Part shown: positions 11,449-24,387 of the stretch, one piece after another
Position numbering within the stretch: the stretch's first letter is position 1
How the letters are laid out: each line of letters starts with the position of its first letter
Source: Gracilinanus agilis
Taxonomy: Eukaryota
NCBI RefSeq assembly: GCF_016433145.1
Contig: NC_058130.1
Location: 131,786,912-131,850,911 of the forward strand
Direction: 5' to 3'
DNA length: 64,000 nt
Notes under the pieces: generated by a model
Told to the model about the DNA's origin: nothing
Database searches by the model: none
What the model saw: only the letters and a program-made list of their open reading frames with translations
Translations under genes and position numbers: made by a program

Positions 11449-13384
11449 CTGGAGGAGGAAAACAGACTCCAAATTGTTAGAGACAACCCTCTTTTTATCA
11501 AATCTTCACTAAACAACTCATAGTAAGAGTAGAAGCCAAAGTTCAAGCCTTTTGCTATCCAATTTCATAACTTGGTCTTGGGTTGCTTTCCAACTTCAGA
11601 AACCATGTGTCCAGAGACTCCTGAGGCTAGGAATGTTTAGGAACATTTTCTCTTTCCAAAAGGTTGCATTCTAGAATTCCCAAATTTGGGGTTGCCAGAC
11701 AAGCAATCCCAAGGCTGGGATCCCAAACTCTCCAGCAATTTAAGATCTTCTAGAAGATTATCTCATTCAACTCTGCCCCAAGGCTTCAGGGGTAGGGATA
11801 AGAAAATGGGTCTGTGCATACATCCAAGCTTTGATCCTTTGTTCCAAGTCCCTAAATTCACTCTTAGCTCTTCTGTTCTCCATGTGTTTTCAGTTCTCAG
11901 GTTTTCCATAAATTATCTCTTTCCCTCCCTCCATTTTCTTCTTTTTTAAAAAAAAACAGACCTAGTAGAAAGAAGCTCCAACCTATAGCATTCAGAGCCC
12001 AATAATTCATCCCAATAGGCCTTAACAGGTCAAAGCAATCAATTTTTTCCTCATCATTGAGATTCAATCAATCATCCTCAAAGGAATAAAATGGATATTG
12101 ATGGTACAGCTCAGGGGTTCTTAGGTTGCATTATTGGGAAAGAAAAATCAGGGAAAGACCTGGGTAGGGAGGTTTGGGACGGGATAGTAGGAGGACAAAA
12201 GGCCCCTTTTGGGTCAGCATTCTAGTGGAGCCCTTTGGTGGTCTCTGGGAAGATGGAGTTTGGGTTCATTGGACACAAATGGGCTTACAAGTCCTGTGGA
12301 CATGTCCCAAACAAAGGTTCAGCACCTTATAAAATTACCGAATTGATCTGGGACCTTCTGTTCTACTTTCCCAGCAAGAGGAGAGTCAGATTGTTGGCTA
12401 AGAATACTTGGAAGATCAGAGTGATTTATTGATGTAAAATTATAATAAAGCCAACCCAGACATAGTTGAAAACATTTTCTTGGAAAAATAAACTTTCATT
12501 TAAGATGTGCCTTTCTAAAGACTACCTGGCTTCACCTGACAATATAATCTGGAAGTATTAATATGTAGGTGGGTATTACATATTGGCAGGTGTGCCATTA
12601 GAAGGTCTTGCACACTGGCTGATTTCAGATAAAAAAATAGCATAACCCTGAATCATGAGTTCATAATTGGCTGGGAAATAAGTAAATAGTGGATCCTGTA
12701 GGGTAAGAGCTAGTTCTCTTTTATATTTGTAGTCTCAACACCTAAAATTGTGTGTGGCACATAACAGGGGGTCAATGAATACTTGTTGAATTAAATTGCA
12801 ATGTAGTGATTAACTGCAATAATAAATTAATTAGGATCCATGGCAGTTGTGAGGACTACGTGATGTATTTTAATACATTATCCACAAAGATATAGTTATT
12901 GACAGACTCAGGGTGTCAGAGTTGGAAGGGACCTTGGTGCACAGAACACAGAAAGTCAGACTAGACCTTAAAGACTCCATGCATTCAATCCTCTTCTTTT
13001 CCAGAAGAGGAAGCTGAAGATGTAGTAATTTCCCAAACATCACATAGCAAATCAATCTACATTTAGAACATTCTCTTCAGGAAAGGCTAAAAATAAATAA
13101 AACATAAAACTGATAAAAAGAACCATCCATACAATTTTCCAGGATTTCCAAAAGCTCAGATCTCTTTTTCTTTGTTATAACTCAAAGCTATCTTATTTTA
13201 GTGAACAGAGCCAGCCAAAGACAAACTACCTTGCCAATCCCCGCACAATATGACATGAAATTTTGGAGAGCTTTCCACATTTGAGGGCCAGCTCCAGGGC
13301 TTGTTTTCTCCCAAAAGGTAGCTCTTCTGTAACCTTTCCAATTCTTTCTTCAGCACTTATGAAAGATCTATACTGCTTCAAGAT

Positions 13385-13725
13385 CACACGACTGAAGGGA
13401 ACTAGGGGTGTGTAGCCTGAAGAAGAGAAGACATAGAGGGGGAAGAATAGCTGTCATCAAGAATTTAAGGAGCTGTCGCATGGAAGAAGGATTGGACTCA
13501 TTCTGCTTGGTCCCAGAGGGTAGAACCATGAGTGATAAATGAATGTTATAAAGAGGTGGATTTAGAATTGATTTGTAGAAAAGCTTCCTAACAACGAGAA
13601 AAAATATAAAAGTGAGATGGGCTGTGTGAGAAGGCAGGCCATCAAGCAAAGAGCAGATGACCTTTTATTATAAATGTTGTAAAGAGGATTAGATTTTGAA
13701 GTCTTTCCCAACTCTGAGATTCTGA
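13385..13725 (+). mobile_element. L3/CR1 3' end
   Basis: ggaactaggggtgtgtagcctgaagaagagaagacatag...aatagctgtcatcaagaattt...ttgaagtctttcccaactctgagattctgaga. Confidence 0.85.
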
Positions 13726-14004
13726 GACTTGAACTCAAGGCATCAGGATGCCAATCCAGTGCCTCTGTCCCTGCACCACCACCTGAGGCTTTGTAGTTAG
13801 TCCTTAGTTATTTCTCATTTAAGAGCAGCTGTAAGAAATACATTTACTTTTTATTTCCATGGTAGCTCCATGGTCCCCAAAATATGTTGGACATCAGCTT
13901 GAGTTCTACTGATGTGGCTGAATGTATGACTCCTGGAATACCAGAACTGGAAAGATCTTAGAAATCTAATTCAAACTCGTCTGAGCTCTAAGTCATTCCA
14001 TTCT

Positions 14005-14880
14005 ATCAATAAGCATTTTTTAAACAATGACCACATACAAAGCTCTGTCCATAGATCCAGGATGCTAACAGGAAAATAGCATAATCTTTGCCCTTATGAG
14101 CTCAAGCTACTCAAAACTTTATAATTGAGGGTGGTGATGATGATACTAACATACCTACCAGTAAGCAAAATATAAAGTAAGGGGTGATGTAGGCATGGGA
14201 AAAATCCAGACCAAGGGTTCTAGGAAAAGGTGAGGAGGGGAAAATCATTTTCACTTCGGGGCATTATAGAGAAAGTGACACCTGAACTGAGCTTTGAAGG
14301 GAAGAGAAGGATTTTTTTCAAGACAGGAATGAGAAAGGAGTACATTCTAAGCCTGGGAAATCATCTGTGTGAATATGCAGAGTTGAGGAGAGAGCTTATT
14401 GTTCTTAAGGAAGTGCAAGTAGTCCAAATTGATTGGAACATGGAATGTCTGAAGAGGGTGAAGAGAAATGAGGCTGGAAAAGTAGGTGGGAGCCAGATTG
14501 TAGAAAGGATTCAATACAAGCTGATGGAGTTTATATAGTATCCTAGAAGCAATAGGTGGCCACCAAAGATTTTGAGTAGGGAAGTGACATGGTTAAGTCC
14601 TTTATGATGGGAAGACTTTGGGTAGTTGTGTGAAGGAGGGTTAGGAAGGAGTAGAGGCCATTAGAATAGTCCCAATAGGAGGTGATGAGGACCTATCCTA
14701 GGCTGATGGTAATGTGAGTGAAGAGAAGGGGTCAGACAAGAAAAGATGTAGAGGAAACATTGATCATACTTGACAACTTATTGGATACTAGGAATATGGG
14801 GAAGGGAAGAACAAAGATGACTCCATGATGCTGATTCCCAGGTTTTGAGCCTAGGGGACTGGAAAGATGGTAGTGACACC
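14005..14880 (-). mobile_element. L2 fragment
   Basis: Reverse L2 3' end followed by the typical purine-rich L2 body (tgaactgagctttgaaggg, gaggctggaaaagtaggtgggagccagattg). Confidence 0.8.
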
Positions 14881-16959
14881 AAAAGAAATTGAGAAGCTAA
14901 AGAGGTTGATCATGAAGCTAATGCCTGACATATGGAGGCACATTTTGGTGGTTCATAAATGTCTTAATAATGACTTGAGAGAGGGTAGAAGAGAGAAAGA
15001 AAGAATGGAAAGGACAGGAAATGCTATCAGTCTTAGATTTACCATTAATTTACTATTTGCCACTAGCCCATTATTTCCTGTCTCTGGGCCTCAGGGAGGA
15101 TTAGATTCCAGCTCTAATATTCTATAATCCAGGGTCCTTTCTATCCCTGAATGCCTAGAGGAATTTATTTCAGTTCAGGAATCCTTTCTACAGCACTGCC
15201 TATAAATGTTTATCCAGTTTCCACCAGAATGCCTCAAATAACAGAAAGATCCTTACCATCGTGAGTTCAATCCCTTTTAGGATAGCTCTAATTTGGGGGC
15301 AGTCTTTTCTTGCATTGACCTAACTTTGCCTGACTTTCTATGTTAAAATTCTCCTTATCCCCCAGATATTAGAACATAGAATGTTAGAGTTGGAGTAGAT
15401 TCCACTCTGAGTCTCAGAAATAGGAAATAATTTACCAGTGTTCTATGTTCTAGTCCCTTGCAGTTCTAACATTCTGTTTTATGTTCTAAGATACTAAATT
15501 CTAAAATTTGTTTTAAGATAGAGAAGATACCCAAAGAGTGAGATCTAGGTCTTTTAGAGCTTTTGCTAGGAGGAAAGTTTATAGTTCCTGAGCCCTGACC
15601 CACACGTGGCCCAATAGTCCTCTAAAGGCCCAGGCAAAGTGCTTTTGTAACAAGAACCATAAACCATGAAAGAGAGCAGCATCGATTCAGTTACATACAT
15701 ACACACATACATAGGAATTCACATACCCTCAGGCTCTGGTATCTAGTGATATGTGTAAATGTGTATGTGTATACATATATGTATGTGTGTATAAAATACA
15801 CACACACATACTTTGTGAATGCCTAAGAAATAAGGCCTGAGAAAAATTCCCTATCATTCTGACCCAGAATACTGACCATCTGTAGATCCACAGTGATTTT
15901 TTAGACCTGTCAATTTTCAGGAAAATTGTCAGTGCTAAGTTCCCTGCGGAATTTTAAGACTGTCACAAAGAGAAATACTGCAACTTATTTCCCATTTATA
16001 TTTTGTGGCCTATTTTGAATTGTATTCATATTTTATTCAATTATCCAATTGAAAATATTTGATTTTTTTAGACATCCTGAGATTGATCTGAGGTTAAGAA
16101 AAAAGACCCCCAAACCCAGGTAGATACAATTCAAAATGTAGCCCCAAAGGAACAAATAAGGGAGAGTTATTTTCTCTGAATATGAAGCTTCTGTAAAATG
16201 AGACTTCAGGAAATGTATAGAAGGCCCATTCCTTGGGATACTGGAGGCCTCAAGACAAAATCCGAATCCAGTTGGGGCCATTCTCCACCCCCCATTCTTC
16301 CACTTTCATTTAGAGGGAGTTTAGGGGGACTGAATGCTGAGCCAAGGGGCAGGAGTGGGAGAGAGAATGTGGTACTTGATAGTTAACATAGGTGGGTTTT
16401 TTGGAATGTGAATTTCTTTCAGAATTCCTTGCATTATGTCAGATTTGTGTAATACAAAATCAAGACCTGTATATACAAATACATACGTGACTGAATGACT
16501 AGCACCGCATTATTTGATATATATGTTACATAATTACATAGACACATGCATGGTACACACGTTCATACACACATATAAACATATGATGGTCTATACCTTT
16601 GCCTAGACCCTTCCACATATCCTTGCATCTCAGCTAAAAGAGGCTCAGTGATATCTTGGCCAAGGAGTTGGGTTTGCGGTAGTTAATTTCCTCCACGAGG
16701 GAGTCTAGCCCTTGGCTTAACTTGTTAGCCACTCATTAACTAAACGGCCATTCTACCTTCCGGTCCGCTGTTGTTCCACACAGCTGGACTCAGCTCCCCA
16801 TTTTATTTACTGGGACTTGTTCTGAAACATTCACACATTTCTGCTGTGACTGTGTGATGCTAGAGCTTTGCCACAACCCTGGGGACCCTGTCAAAGGACC
16901 TTGGCAATGGATGACTCTCTAGACTAGCATTGCTTAGTGGCCATCTGGCTTCCACTTGA

Positions 16960-17345
16960 ATACCTCCAGTGATAGAGAGATCCCTACCTCACAAGGCAGT
17001 CCTTTAGGATAGTTCTTATTGTTAGGAAGTTTTTCTTCACATCGAAACCACATTTGCCTTTCTTCACCCTTTGCCCAAGACTACTACTTCTACCCTCTGT
17101 GGGTCCTGTAGAACAAGTCTAATCTTTCTTCTCTGTTTCTTCAAATACTTGAAAATAGTGTTCACATCTCCTCTCTTTCTTCTCCTTTTCAGGATAAGCA
17201 CTCTCAGTCCTTGGATTGATCCCTATACAGCATGGTTTTCAATCCTCTCATCATTCTGATCATCCTCCTTTGAACATGCTTCAGTTCCTCAATATTCTTC
17301 TTTAAAAGTGGTCAACAGAACAAAATAAAATACTCCAGGCAGGGT
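16960..17345 (-). mobile_element. L3/CR1 3' fragment
   Basis: gttaggaagtttttcttcac...gaacaagtctaatctttcttc...ttcaaatacttgaa...gaacaaaataaaatactccagg is the reverse complement of the L3 3' region. Confidence 0.8.
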
Positions 17346-17446
17346 GTGAGCAGGCTGGAGCACAGGGGGACGGGCATCTCCCTCACACTAGGCACCAGGG
17401 AACATTCCCAACCCACATGGACATCCTGGAGGCAAAGATCACTTAC

Positions 17447-17517
17447 GATTTGGGTATCGGCTGTGGTGGCAGTCTAGTCGGAAGTCCTCATCCTCAGTTC
17501 CATCCCCTTTCTCAGTC
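17447..17517 (-). other. Candidate 71-nt internal exon
   Basis: Acceptor ctcattctgtttttcag|G and donor ATC|gtaagtga. Retains 3 CpGs in a CpG-poor window. One fully open frame (TEKGDGTEDEDFRLDCHHSRYPN). Confidence 0.45.
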
Positions 17518-17927
17518 CTGAAAAACAGAATGAGCCTGGGGTGAATGGAGAAACTCCTCTATTTGTCATTTAGACACCTGCCAGGTCATAGCATGGCTTC
17601 AACCTACCTTTTCAGCTTTATTACACAGCATTCACCTTTTTGCTGTTCCTCTTACTCAGAATTCTTTCATATACATACCATACACACATGCAAACATACA
17701 TATACACATATAACTGTATATATAAATTACAGTCATTATTAGTGTAGCTCTTCTCTCCCCATCTTGTATTAGCTAACAGCAATTTTGGCTCCTGAGTGGT
17801 CCAGTGTCACCCCACAGACCTTCCTGAAAACATGTAATAGAGACACTATTGATATTTGTTTCTAGTCTCCCATTGGAGATGCCCCGGGCCATATTCAGTC
17901 CTTGTTCTCCTTCTGCAGTCCTCATAC

Positions 17928-17969
17928 CTGAAGGATGTGAAGGATTAGAAAGCCAGATTCTGAATTTTT
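17928..17969 (-). other. Candidate 42-nt internal exon
   Basis: Acceptor cccctcttcttcctag|A and donor CAG|gtatga. A long pyrimidine tract lies upstream on the minus strand (18020-18150). Confidence 0.35.
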
Positions 17970-18329
17970 CTAGGAAGAAGAGGGGTCCAAGGGTATTCTG
18001 GGAGTGGGGTTAATGACAAAAAACAAAGGCACAGTTGAAACATAAAGAGAAGAAAAGGGGAAAGGAGGAAAAAAGGGGAAAGGGTACTCCAAAAGGAGGA
18101 AGAAAGAGAAAAGGAGGAAGAAAGGGGAAGTTTTTTGGAAGAGGGTAGAATTAAGGCTTATGTTTCCTAAGTATTCTTTCCTGGGCATAAATACTGAGGA
18201 TAGACACCCCCCCCCCCCATGGAGGCTAATAGACTAAATGTCTTACTAGATTGGCATGGAGAATGGTGGGGAAAGGGCTGCAAATGAGGGGGGTTGGTCT
18301 AGATATTCCTCTGGAGTTCTCTCAGTTTC

Positions 18330-19090
18330 CAAATCTATGATCTTATGATCATTCTTTAATCAGTTGCCAAGTCTACTTTGTTCTTTCTCCATAAAATCCT
18401 TCTTTTTTGCTATCACCCTAGTTCAGGCCTTCATCAGCTCCCATTTGACCTTTTTTTTTCTACAAAAGCTTGTAATTGGTCTCAGTGCTTCCTGCGTCTT
18501 CCCCTCTCCAAAACATCTCCCTCCAAAACAAAGGTGCTAAAATAATGGCCCTAAAGCACAGATCTGACCTGGTTTCTGTCCTGCTTGAAAACCTTCAGTG
18601 TCTCTCCCTTTTGCCTCTAGAGTAAATTACAGATGCTTTGGCTTGTCCTTTAATGCCTCCCACAATTTGTCCTCCCTTTCCTTCCAGTTCTAAAATCATG
18701 ATATTATGATACTTATTTCAGAGTATCCCCTTTTCTGTGTTCCATATTCCAGCCAAACTTGCCTGTTTGCTATCGTCATGCATGATACATTCCATCTCCT
18801 CTTTGCTCCATCTCTGTAATGATCTGACTCCTCGCCTCTGCCTTTTAGACTGTTGGGCTCCCTTCAAGGTTTGGCTCACATGCCATGGCCTACCTGAATT
18901 CGAATTTCTTTCTGATTCTTCCCTATCTATCCCCAGTTGTTGGAAGTTCCCTCCTTCAAAATTACTCGGTACTTACTTAATTTGTATTTACTTATCTGTG
19001 AAAATATCCTTTCTCCCCAGGAGAATGATAGCCCCTCGAGGGCAGAGGCTTTATTTTTGTCTCTGTATTCCCCTTATGGGCACTCATTAA
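18330..19090 (+). mobile_element. L2 3' portion
   Basis: cagttgccaagtc...ttcaggccttcatca...ctaaagcacagatctgacc...gagggcagaggc...ctctgtattcccc. Confidence 0.82.
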
Positions 19091-19195
19091 GTCCTTGCTG
19101 AATTGAAATTAGAGCAGAGAGATGTTGCTTTTTGTTTCCCCTCAAAGGAGAGTTAAAACAGGTGCTAAGCTAAGCTTACTAGTACTCTCTGAGCC

Positions 19196-19197
<2 letters not shown>

Positions 19198-19239
<42 letters not shown>
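19198..19239. repeat. (CAT)14 microsatellite
   Basis: 14 perfect CAT units. Confidence 0.98.
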
Positions 19240-20042
19240 GGCTTCAGCAACATTCTATATGGTGAGGGTAACACATCCATCACGTACATCACTGATTATA
19301 CTTAAGTTTTAGCTAGTATTCATGAGTTTCTGCTCACCCCACAGTTTTCTGCCCTCCTCAGATCACATGTCTACACCACAGTTCAGGAAGAATTGTGAGA
19401 AATGTTAGTCCATTCTTTGGAGGGTAAAAAGTTTCAGGGAAGACTCAAACCCACCCTGTATGAGGATCAGTAAAAGGAACTAGAACTGTCTGGCCTAGAC
19501 AACAAGTCTAGGTGGTTGAGGAAACCTGATTCAATTACTCACTCATTCTAGAAATGTTTTCTGTGACACAAGATAACATTGGGCTAGTAAAATTTTCAGT
19601 AAACTACAAAGCATGATATACACAATTACACAATTTCTGCCTTCAAGAAGCTGCCCACTAAATACAGAGCATGGTGGAAGGCAAAGGGCATGGGCAGAGG
19701 CATCGGGAAAGCTGGGTTCTATTTCTGGTTCTGTCACTAACCTGACCAGATGTGTGATCTTGAATGAGTGGCATACCTTTTTTGGATTTAAAATGCCTCC
19801 TCCTCACCCCTACCCCAGACATAGGAGAGGTTTAAACTCTCATGATCGATACTTCAGGTCTTTGCCTTCCCTGGCCCTCTGCGTGCCATCACAAATGTAC
19901 ACATAAAAGGTAAACCATTACATGAATTAAACTGATATAAGACATGTCAAACGACAGCGTTACATGAGGTCCCAGAGCAGGTTAGACTTGGGAAGAATTA
20001 GGAAACAGAGATGGAAATCGCAAAGAAGCAAATGTAAACCTT

Positions 20043-20285
20043 TGGGCAGCTGAGTGGCACAGTGGACAGAGCACTGGGCTTAGAGTCAGGAAGACTCCTC
20101 TTCATGAGTTCAAATCTGTTCTTAGATACTTACTAGCTGTGTAATCCTGGGCAAGTCACCTAGCCCTGTTTGCCTCAGTTTCCTCATCTATAAAATGAGC
20201 TGGAGAAGGAAATGGCAAACCATCTCAGGATCTTTGCCAAGAAAACCCCAGAAGGGAGCATGAAGAGTCAGACACATTTGAATGG
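20043..20285 (+). mobile_element. CORE SINE with RTE-type tail (Mar-1-like)
   Basis: gggcagctgagtggcacagtggacagagcactggg...ggagaaggaaatggcaaaccatctcaggatctttgccaagaaaacccca. Confidence 0.9.
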
Positions 20286-21897
20286 TGGAGGCAGCAGCAT
20301 TTGTATAGCATGAAGCCAAGATGCAGTTAGGGTGAAGAGAAAGCTTATTACAGTTCCCTTTCAAATAACCAGAAAATGATGGGGTCTTAGTTGAAAAGGG
20401 GGTGGCTTTCAAGGGTAAAAACCCCGAGTGACTGAGTGGGAGGCTGGTAAAATCACTGACACATATGGGGATGTCTGGGCAGGGAGTTATTTGGCAGCAG
20501 AATGAATTCAGTTTTAGATAATGCTGAATTTGAGATGGATGACAGCAGGAGAAATGTCCAGCGGGCAGATATGGTCAGATTTAATTCCTTAGGGAGGGAT
20601 CTGACATTTCTACTCTATTTGTCCTGGAAATGTTTTTGTTTTTAAATTCCAATTGTGAGCCAGCAGAGTAGGTCAGGAGGCAAAAGGCCAGGCTTCAGTT
20701 CTGCCACTTATTCGCTGTGTAACCAAATGGCTCTCGGTTTATACATCTGTAAAATGAAGACAACGTTTGTACTCTTTTATCTTCTAGGGATTTTTTTTTA
20801 TAAGGAAAGTGCTCCGTAAACTCTGAAGTGCCATGGAAATGAGAGTTACTCTTACTGCCACTGCAGGTTCCACACATTGAATCAGAGAGAAACAACCACA
20901 TTCCTAAGAGCAGAGATTTCAAGCCAGAAGGGATCCCATCCAAACTCCTCTTTGAGAGATGCGAAAACGGGCCCAGGGAGGATGAGTATCCAAACTGGCA
21001 TAATCAATCAGTGGCAGAGCCACCAAGATCACTTGTGAGCCCTCTTAAACAAAAGGCAAGGTGAAGAGGGTTTCTCTCTCAGAGAACTGATAGGGCTTAA
21101 AGGGAATACAGCATACTTTAGTTGAAGGGGCACTGGAAATGGGGTTAAGAAAACTTGGTTTCTAATCCTAACTGTAGATATTTACTTCTATGATCTTGAG
21201 CCAATTGGTTTTAAAATCTGGGCCTCAGCCTCCTTCTCTGTAAAGAGGGATGATTTGATTTTATGTCTCAGGCCCTTTCCAGTTCCAACTCCAATAATCC
21301 TAACAAAGTGAGAGAAAGTAGTTGGTATTTCCATTGCCCCAGTGTCAGGAAAAACAGTCGCATTTGATCAACACTGGGAATTTGGGATTTTTCAAATTTA
21401 TTATAATTTTTTATACCACTACTCCTAGCTCCCAAAACCTCATAAAGCAAGAATGAAACTAGAGAAGGTTCAAAGAAGAATAAATGAAATGACAATTGGA
21501 GTGGAGGGGCTATTAGGTAGGAATATCTGGAAAAAATGAACATTTTTCAATCTGAGAAGACAAAAACTTACAACCACCACTGATCACATACATAACTCTA
21601 TTGTCCTATTGCTCTACCAGAATGGAGTGACTGATTGGCTAAAGTTGATTTTTTTTGACATATCAGAAGATCAAAGGATTTAGAACTGGAAGGGACATGG
21701 ATAGCATTCAATTAAATCTTCTCTATTTCAAGTCAGAGGTCAAGTGACTTTCCCAAGATCATACAGCTAGCAAGTCAAAAATCCAGAATCATATGCAATA
21801 AAAAAGGAACTACTTTTATTTCCTCTGAGGTCCTTGCCTCTACCAGAAGCCTAGCAGGCAAGATGGTTAGGTGGCCAAGGACCCACTCATGATTCAC

Positions 21898-21971
21898 CAG
21901 TTGCAGCAAACTCTACCTCCTTTGCCCTAAGCCAGATTTTAGCTGCTGAAATCCCCAGAAAGATCATAGTT
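21898..21971 (-). other. Candidate 74-nt exon with ATG
   Basis: Acceptor ctaacattcttattctcag|A with a branch-point-like CTAAC, donor CTG|gtgaat. Open frame from the ATG at 21967: MIFLGISAAKIWLRAKEVEFAAT. Confidence 0.25.
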
Positions 21972-22458
21972 CTGAGAATAAGAATGTTAGGAAGTTCTCA
22001 TGGTGTTTAGAAATGCCAGCTTTGAAAGGAAGAAATTTTAAGAAACTCAACAATACCAAGAAAGTATAGCCAATAGTAGACTTGCTTATTCATGGCTTGG
22101 GTCTTATGATGGCAATGCTCACTACATAGGCAGGGACAATTGAAGTTAAGAGCATCTCCCAGTTCTGTTGACTTCCATTAAATTTTTTTTGGGGGAAACC
22201 AAAGCATTCTGGGGCTGGGTAGGGAGGATCCCTTCTTTTCTCTTTTCAATTCCTACTCTGGACTCAAAGAAGTAACATAATCACAGAATATTATACCTGT
22301 AAGGGATTTTAGATGATATTTAGCTCAATTCTCTCATTTCAAGACTGGAGACTTGCCCAAGGTCACACAATTCATTCAGAGTACAAGATTTAATATGGGA
22401 TCTCAAATACCACTTAAAATATTTATGAATCCTACAGATCCTTTTCCCTCTTCCCTTA

Positions 22459-22645
22459 CCCTTTTTAAACCCTTACCTTTTATCTTAGAATAAATTCTAA
22501 GGCAGAGAAGCAGCAAAGGCTACGCAATAGGGGTTAAATGACTTGCTCAGGGTCACACAGCTATGAAATATCTAAGGCCACATTTGAACCTCAAACCTCC
22601 CATCTCTAGGCCTGGCACTCTATCCACCAAACCATTTAGCTGCCC
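22459..22645 (-). mobile_element. Opossum-type CORE SINE
   Basis: aaacccttaccttttatcttagaat...aaatgacttgctcagggtcacacagct...atttagctgccc. Confidence 0.88.
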
Positions 22646-23560
22646 TATTGCCCTTTATTTTTGTTTTAACTGATTTGTCTAGCTGTCAGAAAACTACAGT
22701 GAAATAATAAGAGCTCACATGGATGTGGTGTTTTCAAGTTAGCAAAGCAGCTCTCTCACAACAACTTTGCCCCCCTCGCCCAACAAACTCATGAGTAAAT
22801 ACAGATAAGGCTGAGAGAAGGGTTTGCCTGTCCATGGAGTCTTCTACTCTGCTATTAGTTACACTGTAGAAGCTGTGGAGAGAATTCAGGCTGAGATAAT
22901 GGGGCCGATTTATCATCTGGACATGAGAAGTTGGGAAATATTGATTCCAATATATTTACAATAGCTACATGTGTCTGCTTCCACCTGGGGTGAGGGTAGA
23001 GGTGGGGGGTGATGGCCATGCCTTTTGGAAGATGATTTTTCTGTCATTCTAGGGTGGAAGAGTAAGGCCTCAAAATAAACAAGTATATCATACCATAGGA
23101 AATGAAGTGGAAATTTAAGGAAGACCAATTCTGAAGCAGCATTGAGGATCTCAGTTTAGTTTAGATATTATGCAGGAGAAAAAATATTAGTCATGCCCAA
23201 ATAATAGAATTTGAAGGGACCTTTGAATGACAATGAATGTCAGAGTTGAAAGAGGTCTTAGAGCATAGAACTTGAGCCAAGTTATGACAAAGAAAGATGG
23301 CAGCAGCATTGGATCTGGAATCAGGATCTCCTAACTCTTTCCATTACATAATGTTCAGTTCTTGTTTTCATGTTCTGCCAAGAACATTTCCTTTTCCAGT
23401 GATACTGCTGTGTACTCTGTTCTTTGGGAGTGGAGAGTAGAAGAAGAAAGAGTTTTTCCAGCTTTCTTAATCAAATTTAATATTCTCTCTCTCCATCTTA
23501 CGAACTAGGTCTGAGAATGATTTTTTTAAATCATTTTTTATTTTAAAATGATTTTTAAAA

Positions 23561-23745
23561 ACCCTTACTTTTCATCTTAGAATCAATACTAAGTGTCAGT
23601 TCCAAAGCCGAAGGAGGTAAGGGCTAGACAACTGGAGCTAAGTGACTTGCCCAGGGTCACACAACTAGGAAGTATCAGAGGTCAGATTTGAACTCAAGAC
23701 CTCCTTTATCTAAGCCTGGCACTCTATCTGCTGAGCCATCTAGCT
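23561..23745 (-). mobile_element. Opossum-type CORE SINE, head interrupted by a hAT MITE
   Basis: acccttacttttcatcttagaatcaatact...aagtgacttgcccagggtcacacaactagg...ctgagccatctagct. Confidence 0.88.
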
Positions 23746-23927
23746 CAATGGTTCCCAAACTTTTTTGGCCTTTCCAGAAAAAATATTACTTAGCCCTCTG
23801 GAAGTTAATTTTTTAAATTTTAATAGCAATTAATAGGAAAGATAAATGCACCTGTGGCCATCATTGCCTCCCCAGGATCGCTGCAGCACCCACCAGGGGG
23901 CGGTGGTGCCCACTTTGGGAATCACTG
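23746..23927. mobile_element. hAT-Charlie-type MITE (182 bp)
   Basis: TIRs caatggttcccaaa and tttgggaatcactg. Flanks atctagct (23738-23745) and ttctagct (23930-23937) resemble the Charlie NTCTAGAN 8-bp target. Confidence 0.88.
23890..23903 (+). promoter_or_regulatory. CTCF core motif inside the MITE
   Basis: ccaccagggggcgg matches the CTCF core CCACCAGGGGGCGC at 13 of 14 positions. Binding not demonstrated. Confidence 0.55.
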
Positions 23928-24387
23928 AATTCTAGCTGTACCACAAGGCAAGGATTTTCATAGATGATGCTAGAGGTGAAAAACTTCAGCACATTTCTTC
24001 ATCATAAAATGATGGCCATCCCATGAGCAGGTGCAAAGTTGACTTTCCTACTTTCTGTTTTGAGCTCTTCTGGCAATGTAAGTCTTTTAGTATTTCTTTG
24101 ACTGCAGAAAAAAAATACATGCCGTACCTTATGTAAAGTGTATACTGAGATGCTTCTTATTTTATTGCTTTGAGAAGTCCTATATGTTAACACCAATGTA
24201 AATTCTAACACCTGGAACTTTATACATGGGCGTCTCTACTGAAGATTTCGATAAACCCTACAGATACTGTCCTACTGAAGATGCAGACTTACCAGCAATA
24301 TGAATTCTCCAGTCATACCACCCCAGATGACTTTGTTTCCAACATCACCAATGACTAATATGACTACCATTATAACAACACTACCTC

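Noticed and set aside
6913-24319. Shared 14-mer tctccagtcatacc at 6913 and 24306
   Set aside because: No extended similarity in the flanks. A single 14-mer match is plausible by chance in 64 kb.
24290-24380. Strong minus-strand donor CTG|gtaagt near 24297
   Set aside because: No good acceptor upstream, an L1 insertion abuts it, and its phase does not fit the candidate chain.
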